Positions 63,744 through 64,000 of a DNA stretch of 64,000 nt are shown here, one piece after another (position 1 is the first letter of the stretch; each line of letters opens with the position of its first letter). Below the pieces are notes generated by a model. The model saw only the letters and a program-made list of their open reading frames with translations. It ran no database searches and had not been told where the DNA came from. A program made the translations under genes and the position numbers. Location: contig JAFQIB010000001.1 in assembly GCA_017397765.1 (NCBI GenBank), positions 2,936 through 66,935 on the forward strand, read 5' to 3'. The stretch is from Clostridia bacterium. Its GTDB lineage: Bacteria > Bacillota > Clostridia > Christensenellales > Aristaeellaceae.

Positions 63744-63832
63744 GGAGACGTATCGAAGCGGTCATAACGGGGCGCACTCGAAATGCGTTTGCTCGAGAGG
63801 GCACGTGGGTTCGAATCCCACCGTCTCCGCCA
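63744..63832 (+). tRNA. tRNA-Ser (anticodon CGA), class II with a long variable arm, encoded CCA
   Basis: Acceptor stem GGAGACG/CGTCTCC. Anticodon stem GCGCA/TGCGT with loop CTCGAAA, giving anticodon CGA. Variable arm TGCTCgagaGGGCA. T-arm GTGGGTTCGAATCCCAC. Discriminator G plus CCA. Confidence 0.9.
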
Positions 63833-63836
63833 TCGA

Positions 63837-63869
63837 GTCCGGCACGGCATGACCGTGGCGGACTTTTTT
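63837..63869 (+). terminator. Rho-independent terminator after the tRNA
   Basis: GTCCGGCACGGcatgaCCGTGGCGGAC followed by TTTTTT. Confidence 0.75.
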
Positions 63870-63885
63870 GTTGCAGGAGGGGCTT

Positions 63886-64000
63886 ATGGTCATCGGCGGT
63901 CTGCAGAAAATGACCCTGCTGGATTTTCCGGGCAGGGTGGCATGTACGGTATTCCTGGAGGGCTGCAACTATCGCTGCCCCTTCTGCCACAACAGCGGTC
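63886..64000 (+). CDS. nrdG: anaerobic ribonucleoside-triphosphate reductase activating protein (radical SAM), N-terminal fragment
   Basis: My own translation after AGGAGGGG gives MVIGGLQKMTLLDFPGRVACTVFLEGCNYRCPFCHNSG. This contains the NrdG-type CxxxCxxC radical-SAM motif. It runs off the window. Confidence 0.8.
   Translation, partial: MVIGGLQKMTLLDFPGRVACTVFLEGCNYRCPFCHNSG

Noticed and set aside
63744-63832. I considered whether the long-variable-arm tRNA could be tRNA-Sec or tRNA-Leu.
   Set aside because: The anticodon loop reads CTCGAAA, so the anticodon is CGA (Ser) and not TCA. The acceptor stem is the normal 7 bp, and discriminator G fits Ser.

Overview
This 64-kb chromosomal window comes from a high-GC (about 60%) spore-forming Firmicute. 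An Oscillospiraceae/Ruminococcaceae-type gut Clostridia origin is my inference from gene content and the repeat flora; it is not a database result. All product calls rest on motif recognition by eye.

The coding layer is dense and mostly housekeeping:
- LCP protein (partial), trxA, an rseC-like gene, and a complete spoIIIAA-AH operon preceded by an L,D-transpeptidase.
- Lipoprotein 5'-nucleotidase and gatCAB.
- Two membrane-anchored coiled-coil proteins, one with 26-aa acidic tandem repeats.
- A pyrimidine cluster, pyrC-pyrK-pyrD-[orf]-pyrF-pyrE-pyrB-pyrI.
- An RNHCP protein, and an XRE/S24 repressor divergent from an ABC-2 exporter plus a GNAT.
- A polar amino-acid ABC transporter.
- An ECF sigma / DUF4349 / SIMPL module.
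- CIRCE-controlled htpG.
- A GH27/GH51/GH10 hemicellulase group, sufCD, and a phosphodiester glycosidase with an Lgt-like protein.
- GH13 plus glycogen phosphorylase, dinB, an orphan barstar, pyk, Na+-decarboxylase beta/gamma subunits, pfkA, and infC-rpmI-rplT with an L20-type leader.
- tRNA-Ser(CGA) and the start of nrdG.

I see no rRNA, CRISPR array, IS transposase or prophage.

The most unusual content is non-coding. At least four families of short structured repeats populate the intergenic gaps:
1. Palindromic elements of about 113 bp built from 7-bp AATTCGG/AATTCCG arrays.
2. MITE-like elements at 45.3 and 54.6 kb. Each is flanked by an exact 28-bp duplication of a locus-specific terminator hairpin.
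3. A GC-rich element of about 165 bp that starts a few nt after stop codons.
4. GC-rich palindromic units of about 50 bp.

There are also candidate attenuator leaders upstream of the oad beta/gamma pair and the ABC-2 operon. Many long ORFs in the supplied track are codon-aligned antisense shadows of real genes and were rejected.
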